IMG/VR virus record: IMGVR_UViG_3300042896_000657
Coordinates: 49,981 to 113,980 of that record
Reading direction: 5' to 3' (one strand)
DNA length: 64,000 bases
Source: a virus
Position numbers and translations under genes: made by a program. Positions 1-10,277 of the stretch are shown one piece after another. The notes under the pieces were generated by a model, which made no database searches, was not told the origin of the DNA, and was given only the letters and a program-made list of their open reading frames with translations. Within the stretch, counting starts at the first letter, position 1. Each line of letters begins with the position of its first letter.

Positions 1-240
1 GAAACCAAAAAAGGTATCAAAGTACAATTTATATTACCTAATACTGTTAGTGGTGATGAAAAAGCCCAATTAACACAAAAGTTACAAAGTAAATTAAATA
101 CTGGATTAGCACCGTATAAATTAACAGCAAATACTGATACTGATGTTCCTTATGATAATATTATTGGATTTTTAATTAGCATCCAAGACATCAGATTATT
201 AATAAAGAATGCTTTATCAGGTGATACTTCTGAAAAATAG
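1..240 (+). CDS. 3' end of hypothetical protein (partial)
   Basis: Open frame 1 from window start to TAG at 238-240. Confidence 0.7.
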   Translation, partial: ETKKGIKVQFILPNTVSGDEKAQLTQKLQSKLNTGLAPYKLTANTDTDVPYDNIIGFLISIQDIRLLIKNALSGDTSEK

Positions 241-256
241 TATAAATAATTAATTT

Positions 257-556
257 ATGTCAAGACAAGTCCCAATTTTTAGAATAACATTGGATAATAC
301 TGCTACATATCAAGATGTAGAAAAAAATCCATATATTAGGGAAATAGTAATGAATGAATTAATATGTGCTGTAAAAGATGGCCTAAAAAAGAAAAAAAGA
401 GATATATCATTATTTATAATAAATGATAGTGAATATATGGTTAGTTTAGATAAAAAACAATGGAAACCATCTTTAGAATCAGCTTTAACACATTATGAAA
501 ATTTAGAAGAATACCATAAATGTTTTGAAATAAAAAATATAATAGATTCGTTATGA
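257..556 (+). CDS. hypothetical protein, C-terminal UVR-like motif
   Basis: ALTHYENLEEYHKCFEIKNII resembles the UvrB/UvrC helical hairpin. Confidence 0.6.
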   Translation: MSRQVPIFRITLDNTATYQDVEKNPYIREIVMNELICAVKDGLKKKKRDISLFIINDSEYMVSLDKKQWKPSLESALTHYENLEEYHKCFEIKNIIDSL

Positions 557-981
557 AACCAACAAATAAACTACCAGAAGATGTAGAGGGTATTAAACAA
601 TCTTTAGAAAATATTCTTAACGCAGATTTTAAAATTAAAAGAAAAAAAAGAACCGAATTAGATATTCAACGAGATTTATTTTTTAAAATAGTACTAAGTT
701 TAGAAAAACTAAATATGCGTTCAAATGTATTGAATGTTGATTTAGATATAGATTTAAATAAATATGACGAAGTATTTTATAATACAATTGATGATTTGTT
801 ATTATTACATTTTGGAAAAAATATTGCTGAAATAATATTCTTTTATGTTTATGATAGAATAGATCAAGATGGAAATGTTATATATTTAAATGATTCAAAT
901 GGGAATCCTGTAATTTTAGATAATGTAAATGATTTATGGAGTTTAATTCAGAATATAAATAAAATATATAAAAATAAATAA
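553..981 (+). CDS. hypothetical protein
   Basis: ORF coupled to upstream gene (ATGA overlap). Confidence 0.75.
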   Translation: MKPTNKLPEDVEGIKQSLENILNADFKIKRKKRTELDIQRDLFFKIVLSLEKLNMRSNVLNVDLDIDLNKYDEVFYNTIDDLLLLHFGKNIAEIIFFYVYDRIDQDGNVIYLNDSNGNPVILDNVNDLWSLIQNINKIYKNK

Positions 982-986
982 GTTAT

Positions 987-1577
987 ATGCCTGCTAAAAA
1001 AGAATTATTTAAAGAAGATATTCTTAGAGCAATACGTCACACCAAAAGTAATAGAGCTGCTGCTCGATACCTAGGATGTTCATATCAGCATTATAAACCA
1101 TACGCTAAGTTATTTAATGATGAAGAAACAGGACAAAATCTGTTTGATCTACATAAAAATCAGTGTGGTAAAGGTATTCCTAAATTTCTTCCTAATAGAC
1201 GAAGAGAACCAAATGTTAAATTAATATTTGAAGAAGGTGTAGGTTATGAATCATTTACTACAACAAAAATCAAAACCAGAGGCATTGCTGAAGGATTTTT
1301 AAGAGATGAATGTTATATATGTGGGTGTAATGAACGTAGAGTAACAGATTATAAAACACCAACATTATTAAATTTTAAAGATGGTAGTAAATCTAATTAT
1401 GTATTGGATAATTTAGAAATATTATGCTATAATTGTTATTTTCTATATGTTGCTGATCCTTTAACAAATGATGAAGTTCGTCATATCGAAACAAATCAAA
1501 CACCTAAAGCAAAACCATTTGAATGGGATTTAGATGATGAAGCTTTGTCTAATATGAAAGCATTAGGATTATTATAA
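987..1577 (+). CDS. HTH + degenerate HNH zinc-finger protein
   Basis: SNRAAARYLGCSY HTH; CYIC...LNFKDG...N...DNLEILCYNC HNH-like. Confidence 0.65.
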   Translation: MPAKKELFKEDILRAIRHTKSNRAAARYLGCSYQHYKPYAKLFNDEETGQNLFDLHKNQCGKGIPKFLPNRRREPNVKLIFEEGVGYESFTTTKIKTRGIAEGFLRDECYICGCNERRVTDYKTPTLLNFKDGSKSNYVLDNLEILCYNCYFLYVADPLTNDEVRHIETNQTPKAKPFEWDLDDEALSNMKALGLL

Positions 1578-1598
1578 TATATCCCTTAAAAATTATTT

Positions 1599-1620
1599 AA
1601 GCTCCATTTTTGGGGCTTTT
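1599..1620 (+). terminator. intrinsic terminator
   Basis: AAGCTCCA-tttt-TGGGGCTT followed by T run. Confidence 0.6.
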
Positions 1621-1703
1621 ATTGTCTATTGATATTTATCAATAAGAAATAATATATTAGTTTTATTAATTAAGGTTGTCAAACACTAACTAATATTATT
1701 AAT

Positions 1704-2198
1704 ATGAAGTACACTGTTGCAATATTATTATTGATTACCATTATTCTGGCTGGTGCAACACCAACAAATCCCCCATCAATTTACATTTTACCTATTAAAA
1801 ATAGTATTAAAGTAGGTACTCTTTCTGGAAATATTAATCTTACTTTAGGTGTTAAAAATATTTTAGAAGAAGCATTAATGGATAAAGAATATAATTTATC
1901 TAATAATCAAGAATCATCAGATTATACTCTTCAAACTGAATTAATTTATTTTGATATTATGCAGACTAATAAAAATATATCTGTATTTCATAAAAATGAA
2001 AATGAAACAATTATAAGAATAAAAGGAATATTATATAATAAAAATAAAAAAATAAAGGAAATTATTGTTGAAGAATCATCATCAGAGATATCTTCATCAA
2101 CATTAGCTATTAGTTATGATGGTTCGTTTAATCAACAAACAGCAAGAAATGCTGTAAAAAAAGCATGTATTAAATTAATAGAAGGGATAATTAAATGA
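1704..2198 (+). CDS. secreted protein, CsgG/LptE-like fold (tentative)
   Basis: Signal peptide; alpha/beta pattern similar to the 10265 product. Confidence 0.5.
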   Translation: MKYTVAILLLITIILAGATPTNPPSIYILPIKNSIKVGTLSGNINLTLGVKNILEEALMDKEYNLSNNQESSDYTLQTELIYFDIMQTNKNISVFHKNENETIIRIKGILYNKNKKIKEIIVEESSSEISSSTLAISYDGSFNQQTARNAVKKACIKLIEGIIK

Positions 2199-4324
2199 AA
2201 TTAAAATTATTAATAATATTATTATTTGTAGCATTACAATCGTATAGCCAAAATCCAATTAAATTTAAATTAAGACAGTCTCCTATCATTACTAATATAA
2301 ATGGAAATACTATTAGTAGGGGTGATGAATTTGAATTGTGGATTGATGCTAATGGAAATGGAAACACTTCCACTAGACAATTACTATTTGATTTACAATA
2401 TGATTATGTAAATTTTGATTTAATATCTATAAATCATACAGGTACTGGAGGAAATGGTGGAGTACTACCAGCAGGATCTAATATACAACTAACTCATCAA
2501 ACATATCCAGGATATAATTTTGCTAGTAATCAACAAAATACAACATCAAATGGTACTACAAATTATCAATTTGCTAATTATCAATATTCACAAAATAATA
2601 CACAATCAATTATTAGAGCAACATTAACATGGGCTACTCCAAACGGAATGCCTTATGGGGGATATGATAGATTATTAATATTAAAATTTAGATTAAAACA
2701 ATCATCAACATCTTCATCATTTAATCCTATTAAATTAAATTTTGTAGCTGGTTGGAATGCAAATGGAGGTGGTGATGCAACATTTCAAGAAAATCCACTA
2801 TCATCAACAGTTTTAATAGATCAAAATGCTAGTAAACTAGTAACTGCTAAAGTAGATATTAATTCAAATTTACTAGCATTATCTAATGTTAAAGTATCAT
2901 TTAGAGATACTATATCAAATATAGGACAATTATTTAATGTTCTATCTGATGGTACTGTAGATATTAATCAATCATTATTATCTGAAAATAAAGTATATCA
3001 AGTAAGTGTAATGCATGAAATGGATAAAATGTATCAAACATATAATGGTGCAATTACTATTTCAGATTTTACAACAGCACAAAGTGAATTTACTACTATG
3101 GGATTAGATGGTTCTAATGGTCAAATTTTAAAAACAGGACAATCATTATATGCTGCTGATATAAATAGAAATAAAGTAATTGATGGTGGGGATTTACCTC
3201 AGTTATTAGCTCAAGTTGTAGGTTTAGATACATTATTTGCTTTACCTAATGGATATAATATTGGACAAGGTGGGTGGATGAGTTTACCAACTTGGAGAGC
3301 AACAAATGCAACATCAATATCTGGTCAAGTAGAATGGGCATATATAACTCCAAATATGTACTCTCAAGGAGTAAGTAGATTAATGATTGATGTTAGAGAA
3401 TTTAATGGAACTAATATTAATCCTAATCAATTAAAAAGTATTCAAATATTTGACATATATTCAGGACCTGTAGAATTTATTAGTTCAGATGGAACATGGG
3501 CTGAATATAAAATCCCATCATCATTAATTAAAGCAACAGATGGAACATCTTTATATCTACCATTTATTAGAAATAATAGTGGAAGTACCGATTATTCATT
3601 AAAATCAGAATGGGAATTTAATGTTTCGCCTTTATCATCTTGGAGTTCTATAAGTACATCAAATTGGAATACTATTACATATCCTAAAACATATGTTAAA
3701 ACAGGATTAATGGGAAGTAATACAGTATTAGAATTAAAATATTTGCTTTGGGGTGATGTAAATCGTTCACATTCATCACAAGTAGTAAATATAGATAATA
3801 GTGGAGGTAGTTACGTTCAAACAAACGCTATTAATAGTTTAAATAGTAATAAAGCATTTAAATTAATGTCATTAAATCCTTCATCATTTATTAATACTCC
3901 TAACGATATTTCTTCAATAAATGTTAATTTATCAAATTTAACAGTATTATCTAACAACATAGAAATCCCAGTAAGTATAGATACTAAAGGTAATAATGTT
4001 GGAGGATTACAATTTGAATTTACTTTTGATCCTAATAAAATCAAATTTGAAGAATTATTATCTAGTATTCCTAATACGTGGTATGTATTCGCAAATTCAA
4101 AATCTGGAAAAATTAAATTTGGAGCATTAGATCAAAGTAAAAATCCAATAAATGGAAATAATATACCCTTTAAACTTAAATTCTCTACTATAGGAAATGG
4201 AATAGACATATTAACATCAATAAAAGTTTCATCAACAATGGATGCAAGTGACTCTGAAGGAAAACAATTAGGGATCAATTTAAACACAACTCAAATTAAG
4301 TTAACGGGATATAAAAACTTTTAA
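2195..4324 (+). CDS. large secreted protein with dockerin-like and cohesin-like domains
   Basis: Signal peptide; AADINRNKVIDGGD EF-hand/dockerin motif; C-terminal IEIPVSID...GGLQFEFTFDP cohesin-like. Confidence 0.7.
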   Translation: MKLKLLIILLFVALQSYSQNPIKFKLRQSPIITNINGNTISRGDEFELWIDANGNGNTSTRQLLFDLQYDYVNFDLISINHTGTGGNGGVLPAGSNIQLTHQTYPGYNFASNQQNTTSNGTTNYQFANYQYSQNNTQSIIRATLTWATPNGMPYGGYDRLLILKFRLKQSSTSSSFNPIKLNFVAGWNANGGGDATFQENPLSSTVLIDQNASKLVTAKVDINSNLLALSNVKVSFRDTISNIGQLFNVLSDGTVDINQSLLSENKVYQVSVMHEMDKMYQTYNGAITISDFTTAQSEFTTMGLDGSNGQILKTGQSLYAADINRNKVIDGGDLPQLLAQVVGLDTLFALPNGYNIGQGGWMSLPTWRATNATSISGQVEWAYITPNMYSQGVSRLMIDVREFNGTNINPNQLKSIQIFDIYSGPVEFISSDGTWAEYKIPSSLIKATDGTSLYLPFIRNNSGSTDYSLKSEWEFNVSPLSSWSSISTSNWNTITYPKTYVKTGLMGSNTVLELKYLLWGDVNRSHSSQVVNIDNSGGSYVQTNAINSLNSNKAFKLMSLNPSSFINTPNDISSINVNLSNLTVLSNNIEIPVSIDTKGNNVGGLQFEFTFDPNKIKFEELLSSIPNTWYVFANSKSGKIKFGALDQSKNPINGNNIPFKLKFSTIGNGIDILTSIKVSSTMDASDSEGKQLGINLNTTQIKLTGYKNF

Positions 4325-4325
4325 A

Positions 4326-4694
4326 ATGAATAAAAAATTAATAACAATATTAATAATATTAGGGTTTGTAGTTGGATGTAAAAAATATGAAGAAACATAT
4401 CCTGAAACCTTACAAATTAATTTAGGTAAAACATCTGAATTAACTGCTATTAAATTAGTAAAGCAGGAAAATAATATTGTAACAGCTGTATTTTCAACTA
4501 CACCTGGAGCAAAATATTCAATTCAAATAATACCATTTGGTAGTGAAACACCAATATTAAAAGAAGGATTTACAGCAAATAATACTGAAGCATCTAGAAT
4601 ATTTGATTTATCTGATCTACCTAAAAAAGATTATGATTTAATATTTATAGATATAAGTGGTAAAGAAGTTAAATATCCAATCATAATTAAATAA
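4326..4694 (+). CDS. lipoprotein
   Basis: Lipobox VVGC after hydrophobic signal. Confidence 0.7.
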   Translation: MNKKLITILIILGFVVGCKKYEETYPETLQINLGKTSELTAIKLVKQENNIVTAVFSTTPGAKYSIQIIPFGSETPILKEGFTANNTEASRIFDLSDLPKKDYDLIFIDISGKEVKYPIIIK

Positions 4695-4701
4695 TAATAA
4701 T

Positions 4702-5025
4702 ATGTCAGAAGAACAAGAACAAGAAGGAACATGGTCTAGTGTAAAAAAAACCGTGTTAGGTACCTTAGCTACAGTCATCACAGCAGGTGGTGCATGGTTA
4801 GGATCAACATTATTTGGTGGTGGAAACGAGGAAACAACACAACAACCAGCACAATCCGCTCCAGTAATTAATATTACAAATTCAAATCAACAACAACAAT
4901 CTAATAATAGTGGTACTACTATTATTAAGGAAAGAGTAATTGAAAAACAAGCTCCATCAACAAAAAAAGAAGTAGTTAAGAAAAAAGAAGGTGATGAGTT
5001 TAAAGAAGAAGCACCAAAATGGTAA
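4702..5025 (+). CDS. single-TM membrane protein
   Basis: One hydrophobic segment, Q/N-rich linker. Confidence 0.7.
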   Translation: MSEEQEQEGTWSSVKKTVLGTLATVITAGGAWLGSTLFGGGNEETTQQPAQSAPVINITNSNQQQQSNNSGTTIIKERVIEKQAPSTKKEVVKKKEGDEFKEEAPKW

Positions 5026-5056
5026 GGAATAATTAAAAACAATTAAAATTAAAATT

Positions 5057-5305
5057 ATGAAATTCTCAGACATTTTTAAAGACAGTAATGATATCAACGA
5101 AAAATCAGTAGTTGGATTTATTGCCTTTTCAATAATGGTTATATTTGCTCTTACAGATTTAGTAACTGGATACTTTGGTAAGCATTTAGTTATTAGTGAT
5201 ACCATTTATAATTCATTCCAATTATTAGTATTAGGATGTTTTGGAATTTCTGGAGTTGAAAAGATATTTGGAAGTAAGAAAAAAGAAGAAGAAGAAATAA
5301 ATTAA
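5057..5305 (+). CDS. putative holin
   Basis: Two TM segments, charged C-terminus, directly upstream of endolysin. Confidence 0.6.
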   Translation: MKFSDIFKDSNDINEKSVVGFIAFSIMVIFALTDLVTGYFGKHLVISDTIYNSFQLLVLGCFGISGVEKIFGSKKKEEEEIN

Positions 5306-5309
5306 AGAC

Positions 5310-5909
5310 ATGGTATTAGATAAATTAAAAGGACACATACCTGATTCAGTTCTATCACAAATCCCTGATACAGCAGCTAAATTTGAATTAAATACTCCAT
5401 TGCGATTAGCTCATTTCCTAGCTCAAGCAGGTCATGAATCAGGAGGATTTAAAGCAGTAAATGAAAATTTAAATTATGGTGCTAAAGGATTATTAGGAAT
5501 ATTTAAAAAATATTTCCCTACAGAACAAAAAGCACTATTATATGAACGCAAACCTGAAAAAATAGCCAATCTAGTATATGGTGGTAGAATGGGAAATGGA
5601 CCTGAAGTATCTGGTGAAGGTTTTAAATTCCGTGGACGTGGATATATTCAATTAACAGGTAAAGATAACTATAAAGCATTTGATGCTGTAGTAACTGAAA
5701 ATATTATTGAAACCCCAGATCTAGTTGCAACTAAATATCCACTAATGTCTGCAGCATGGTTTTTCCATAAAAATGGATTACATAAGATTGCTGATGAAGG
5801 TGCTACTGATGAAGTAGTAACTAAAGTAACAAAAAGAGTAAACGGTGGAACAATTGGATTACCTGATAGAATTAAACATTTTAAAGAATATTACAACTTA
5901 TTAAAATAA
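5310..5909 (+). CDS. glycoside hydrolase family 19 endolysin
   Basis: AHFLAQAGHESGG, ENLNY, FRGRGYIQLTGKDNY, TKRVNGG motifs. Confidence 0.92.
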   Translation: MVLDKLKGHIPDSVLSQIPDTAAKFELNTPLRLAHFLAQAGHESGGFKAVNENLNYGAKGLLGIFKKYFPTEQKALLYERKPEKIANLVYGGRMGNGPEVSGEGFKFRGRGYIQLTGKDNYKAFDAVVTENIIETPDLVATKYPLMSAAWFFHKNGLHKIADEGATDEVVTKVTKRVNGGTIGLPDRIKHFKEYYNLLK

Positions 5910-6502
5910 TGGCAAAATATACTAAAGATCAAATTGAAAAAGCAATTAAAGCTAAAGGTTATGTTTGGTTTGAAGGAATTAGAAACTTTGATCTAAACAT
6001 TGTAGGAGTACGTAATTCATCAACAGGTAATGTAGTAACAAATGCATTTGATGATGTTATTACAGTATCTTTTAAAGAGGATGGTAATTGGGTATATAAA
6101 GAATGGGCTAATACAACAGATCCAGGAACTAAAGGCGTTAAAGAATTTCACAATGCTGCTGGTGTTGCTAGATTAGTAGAAGGTCAATATAGAGGGTCTC
6201 ATACTATAGGTCTACACCAGGGTAAATATGAAGCATTAAAGCAACAAAAACCTGTTAAAGTATATCGTGATGCCAATAAAGATATGACTTATGATGAATC
6301 TAAGATCCAAGAAGGAATATTTGGTATTAATATTCATAAAGCAGGTGTTGATTCAACATATGTAGAGAATTGGTCTGAGGGATGCCAAGTATTTAAACGT
6401 GCTGCAGATTTTGAGGAATTTATGACAATATGTAGAAAATCAGCAAAAATACATGGTGCTTCATTTACTTATACATTAATTGAATCTAAAGATATAGTAT
6501 AA
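5909..6502 (+). CDS. L,D-transpeptidase-like (YkuD-related) protein
   Basis: GINIHKAG...WSEGCQV His/Cys motif. Confidence 0.7.
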   Translation: MAKYTKDQIEKAIKAKGYVWFEGIRNFDLNIVGVRNSSTGNVVTNAFDDVITVSFKEDGNWVYKEWANTTDPGTKGVKEFHNAAGVARLVEGQYRGSHTIGLHQGKYEALKQQKPVKVYRDANKDMTYDESKIQEGIFGINIHKAGVDSTYVENWSEGCQVFKRAADFEEFMTICRKSAKIHGASFTYTLIESKDIV

Positions 6503-6540
6503 TAAAAAAGTTAAAGTAACGTAATATAAACATAATATGG

Positions 6541-6567
6541 AATCCTTACATTAATTGTAAGGATTTT
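6541..6567 (+). terminator. intrinsic terminator-like hairpin
   Basis: AATCCTTACA-ttaat-TGTAAGGATT then TT. Confidence 0.55.
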
Positions 6568-6590
6568 CTATTTATATTAAAATCATATTC

Positions 6591-8849
6591 ATGAAGTTAC
6601 TTTTATTATTACTGTTATGTGTTCCTATATTATCATTTTCCCAAGATACGATAACTTTTAAAGAACAAAATTTAACAGAATTTATTATTAAATCTGTCCC
6701 TAAAAAAATATCTGAAGTATCAATTATTAATACAATTAGAAAATCATCAGTAATATCTGATGGTATATCTATTGATTTTATTAAAAAAACACCAGACAGA
6801 ACTGTTGGAGATGCACTTAAAAGAGTAAGTGGTATTACAATTCAAAATGATAAATTTGTATTAGTAAGAGGATTAGCAGATAGATATAATTCTGCTATAT
6901 TAAATAAAACCTTATTACCATCAACTGAACCTGATAGGAGAGCATTTTCATTTGATATGATCCCAACAATATTAATTGATAACATTATAGTTTCTAAATC
7001 ATCATCAGCAAACCAACCAGGAGACTGGAGTGGGGGATTAGTACAAATTACAACAAAAGAAGTATCCGATAATTTTTTCAATATCTCATTAGGAAGTGGT
7101 TGGGGTTCGGTTTCAACTTTAAAGAATTTTAAGTCAATTCAATCTACTGCCTTCCCTTCAACATTCCCCTCTACTTACAATTATCGTATTAGTGGAAATG
7201 GTGATAAAAGATTATTCACAAAACAATTTAATAATCTAATAGTAGAAGAATTTAAAACAATACCAAATTTAAATGGAGGATTATCATTTGGTTATGTAAA
7301 TGGTAAATTTAATTCATTATTTAGTTCATCAATTAGAAATACATTTACTTTAAATAATATTGAAAGAAAAGATTATCAATCATCAACTGAATTAGCATAT
7401 GATTATAAGGATATATTATATACAAAAAGATCTTCATCAAATGGTTTATTTAATTTAACTTATTTAGGTAAAAATACATATAGCTTAAAAACATTATTAA
7501 ATTATCAAAAAGATAATACATACATGGATAGAAATGGTAAAAATTATGATAATATCCAAGATGTTAATAGTAATTTATCTAATCATATTAATAATTTCAT
7601 CATTAATTCCCAATTTGATGGTAAGATTAATACCTGGGATTTTAATGTAGGGTATAATTTAATGTTAAGAGAGCAACCTGATTATAGAGTTAATCCAATT
7701 ACAAAATCATTAGGAATAAACGAACCATATTCAACAGCATGGAGAGATACATATCGTTTTTGGAGTGTAATGGATGAAAATTCTTTTAATGGTAACATTA
7801 ATAAATCATTTGGTAATATCAAGATTGGTGGTGGTTACTTAAAAAAGATTAGAGGATTTGACGCAAGAATATTCAGATATCTTTCAACTGATATGTTAGA
7901 TGAAATAACAAATAATACGGATAGATATACTGCTGATTTTGATTTGGGTAGTGGATATGTAATGTGGGATAAAGAATTAGGTTTATGGAAGTTAAATACT
8001 GGTGTAAGAACTGAATATAATTTATTTAATGTTAATACTGCCGACTTCAGTGGGCAAAAAATAAATGTAAATAGAGAATATTTAGATATATTACCATCAT
8101 TAAATCTTTCATATAATTTAGATAAAGTAAAGTATAGATTCTCATTAAGTAAAACGTTAGCAAGACCTGAGTTTAGAGAAGTAGCTAATTTTGCTTATTA
8201 TGATTTTGTTCGTAACGCACAATTATTAGGTAATCCTAACTTAGAAAAATCTGATATATATAATTTAGATTTAAAATGGGAGGTATATCCAAAAGCTGGG
8301 GAGAATATTTCAGTATCTATATTTGGTAAGAATTTTATAAAACCAATTGAGCAAGTAGTAGCAGATGGTTCAGTTCCATCTAATTTATTATTAACTTATT
8401 CAAATCCTGATAAAGCATATCTTTATGGTATTGAATTAGAGTTTCGTAAAAAAATAACTAATTGGTTTGATGTTTATACAAACGCTTCGGTGATGAATTC
8501 TGAAGTAAATGTTAATGGAATAAAAAGACAATTACAGGGACAATCAAATTATATATTAAATGGTGGTATTAATTTTAAAAAGAAAAACAATATATTTAAT
8601 ATATCATATAATAAAGTAGGAAGTAGAATATCAGCAGTAGGATTCCAAGGCTATCCAGATATATTTGAAAATAGTAGAGATATATTAGATGTAACTATTT
8701 TACATAAAATAAAAAATGGAGAAATTAAGTTAGCATTTGGAGATGTGTTTGGTCAATCATCAAAATACTATCAAAATTCACGAAATACAAATCTTATAAA
8801 AATAAATAACGAACAAACAATTTCACTAACATTAAATTTAAATCTATGA
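6591..8849 (+). CDS. TonB-dependent outer membrane receptor
   Basis: Plug motifs DALKRVSGI, VRGLADRYN, PGDWSGGLV; ARPEFRE, GNPNL barrel motifs. Confidence 0.92.
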   Translation: MKLLLLLLLCVPILSFSQDTITFKEQNLTEFIIKSVPKKISEVSIINTIRKSSVISDGISIDFIKKTPDRTVGDALKRVSGITIQNDKFVLVRGLADRYNSAILNKTLLPSTEPDRRAFSFDMIPTILIDNIIVSKSSSANQPGDWSGGLVQITTKEVSDNFFNISLGSGWGSVSTLKNFKSIQSTAFPSTFPSTYNYRISGNGDKRLFTKQFNNLIVEEFKTIPNLNGGLSFGYVNGKFNSLFSSSIRNTFTLNNIERKDYQSSTELAYDYKDILYTKRSSSNGLFNLTYLGKNTYSLKTLLNYQKDNTYMDRNGKNYDNIQDVNSNLSNHINNFIINSQFDGKINTWDFNVGYNLMLREQPDYRVNPITKSLGINEPYSTAWRDTYRFWSVMDENSFNGNINKSFGNIKIGGGYLKKIRGFDARIFRYLSTDMLDEITNNTDRYTADFDLGSGYVMWDKELGLWKLNTGVRTEYNLFNVNTADFSGQKINVNREYLDILPSLNLSYNLDKVKYRFSLSKTLARPEFREVANFAYYDFVRNAQLLGNPNLEKSDIYNLDLKWEVYPKAGENISVSIFGKNFIKPIEQVVADGSVPSNLLLTYSNPDKAYLYGIELEFRKKITNWFDVYTNASVMNSEVNVNGIKRQLQGQSNYILNGGINFKKKNNIFNISYNKVGSRISAVGFQGYPDIFENSRDILDVTILHKIKNGEIKLAFGDVFGQSSKYYQNSRNTNLIKINNEQTISLTLNLNL

Positions 8850-10048
8850 AAAAATTATTAAGTATCTTTCTAATCGTAGGATTATTCAGCTGTAAAAAAG
8901 AATTAGGCAGTGATGTAACTCCTATTAATATTCCCTCATCTACCACACTTAATGGGAATATAAACATTACAACAACTTTAACATCAGATAAAGTGTGGAC
9001 ATTAAAAGGTTATGTATATGTAACTGATGGTGCAAAACTTATCATTCAACCAGGAACAACAATTGTTTCTGACATCGCAGAAAAAGGTGCATTGATTATT
9101 GAAAGAGGTGCACAAATAATTGCAGAAGGAACCGCTACAAAACCTATTGTATTTACATCAGGTAAAACAGTTGGTGATAAAGCCCCTGGTGATTGGGGAG
9201 GTGTAGTAATATTAGGTAAAGCAACTACTAATAGAACTTCTGAACCAATAATAGAAGGAGGTGTTAATAGATCTTATGGTGGAACTAATGATTTAGATAA
9301 TAGTGGTATTCTAAAATATGTAAGAATTGAATACGCTGGTATAGCAGCAATGCCAAACTCAGAAATAAATGCATTAACATTAGGTGGTGTTGGTTCTGGT
9401 ACTACAATTGAATACATTCAAACTGTATATGCTAACGATGATGCATTTGAGTTTTTTGGTGGTACTGTAAGTGCTAAAAACTTATACGCTTTTGCAACAG
9501 CGGATGATGATTTTGATTTTGATTTTGGATATAGAGGTTCAGTATCTTATTCAATTTCAAAAAGAGATCCACAATTCGTAGATAGTGGTGATGCTGGAAA
9601 TGGTGTAGAGTGTGATAATGATGGGAGTGGTACATTAGCACAACCATTTACACATCCTAAATTAGATAATATGATTTTAGTTGGGCCATTTGATGTGGCT
9701 TCATTAGCAAATCATAATTTGGGTTTAAGATGGAGAAGAGCAACCCAATTCACAATGACTAACTCAAAAATCATCGGATATCAAAAAGGTGCATTCTCAA
9801 TGGAAAGTAACGAAACTGCACAAGCATATAAAGATGGTGTAAGTAAATTCCAAAATAATGAGATTCAGTCTTATGACCCATTATTAAACTTTAGATCAAC
9901 ATCAACAGTAATTACCGCTGCTAATATGAAGATAAAGGCTTTATCAGAAGGTAATAAAGAGGTATCTTATACAAAAGCTGAAATGGAAAAATTATCCAAA
10001 CCAATATGGATTAATGGATGGACTAGATTTCCAAATAAAGGTAATTAA
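8846..10048 (+). CDS. beta-helix lipoprotein partner of the TonB receptor
   Basis: Lipobox LFSC; GALIIERG, PGDWGGVVILG, DDAFEFFGG, DDDFDFDFGY. Confidence 0.85.
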   Translation: MKKLLSIFLIVGLFSCKKELGSDVTPINIPSSTTLNGNINITTTLTSDKVWTLKGYVYVTDGAKLIIQPGTTIVSDIAEKGALIIERGAQIIAEGTATKPIVFTSGKTVGDKAPGDWGGVVILGKATTNRTSEPIIEGGVNRSYGGTNDLDNSGILKYVRIEYAGIAAMPNSEINALTLGGVGSGTTIEYIQTVYANDDAFEFFGGTVSAKNLYAFATADDDFDFDFGYRGSVSYSISKRDPQFVDSGDAGNGVECDNDGSGTLAQPFTHPKLDNMILVGPFDVASLANHNLGLRWRRATQFTMTNSKIIGYQKGAFSMESNETAQAYKDGVSKFQNNEIQSYDPLLNFRSTSTVITAANMKIKALSEGNKEVSYTKAEMEKLSKPIWINGWTRFPNKGN

Positions 10049-10085
10049 TAGTTTAATAACATATATTTATACTAAAATATAATAT

Positions 10086-10277
10086 ATGGAAAAGTTAAAA
10101 CAATTCTACTTAAAAAATGAACAAACACTACTATTTAGTAGTGTAATCATTTATCTATTTAGTTTATTATTTATACTTAATAATTCAGAATGGAAAGAAA
10201 TACTATGGGTATTACAATTCGTGGGATTAGGATTTTTATTAGTTTTTAAAGGTAAACAAAAAGGATGGAAATGGTAG
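10086..10277 (+). CDS. small membrane protein
   Basis: Two hydrophobic segments. Confidence 0.6.
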   Translation: MEKLKQFYLKNEQTLLFSSVIIYLFSLLFILNNSEWKEILWVLQFVGLGFLLVFKGKQKGWKW

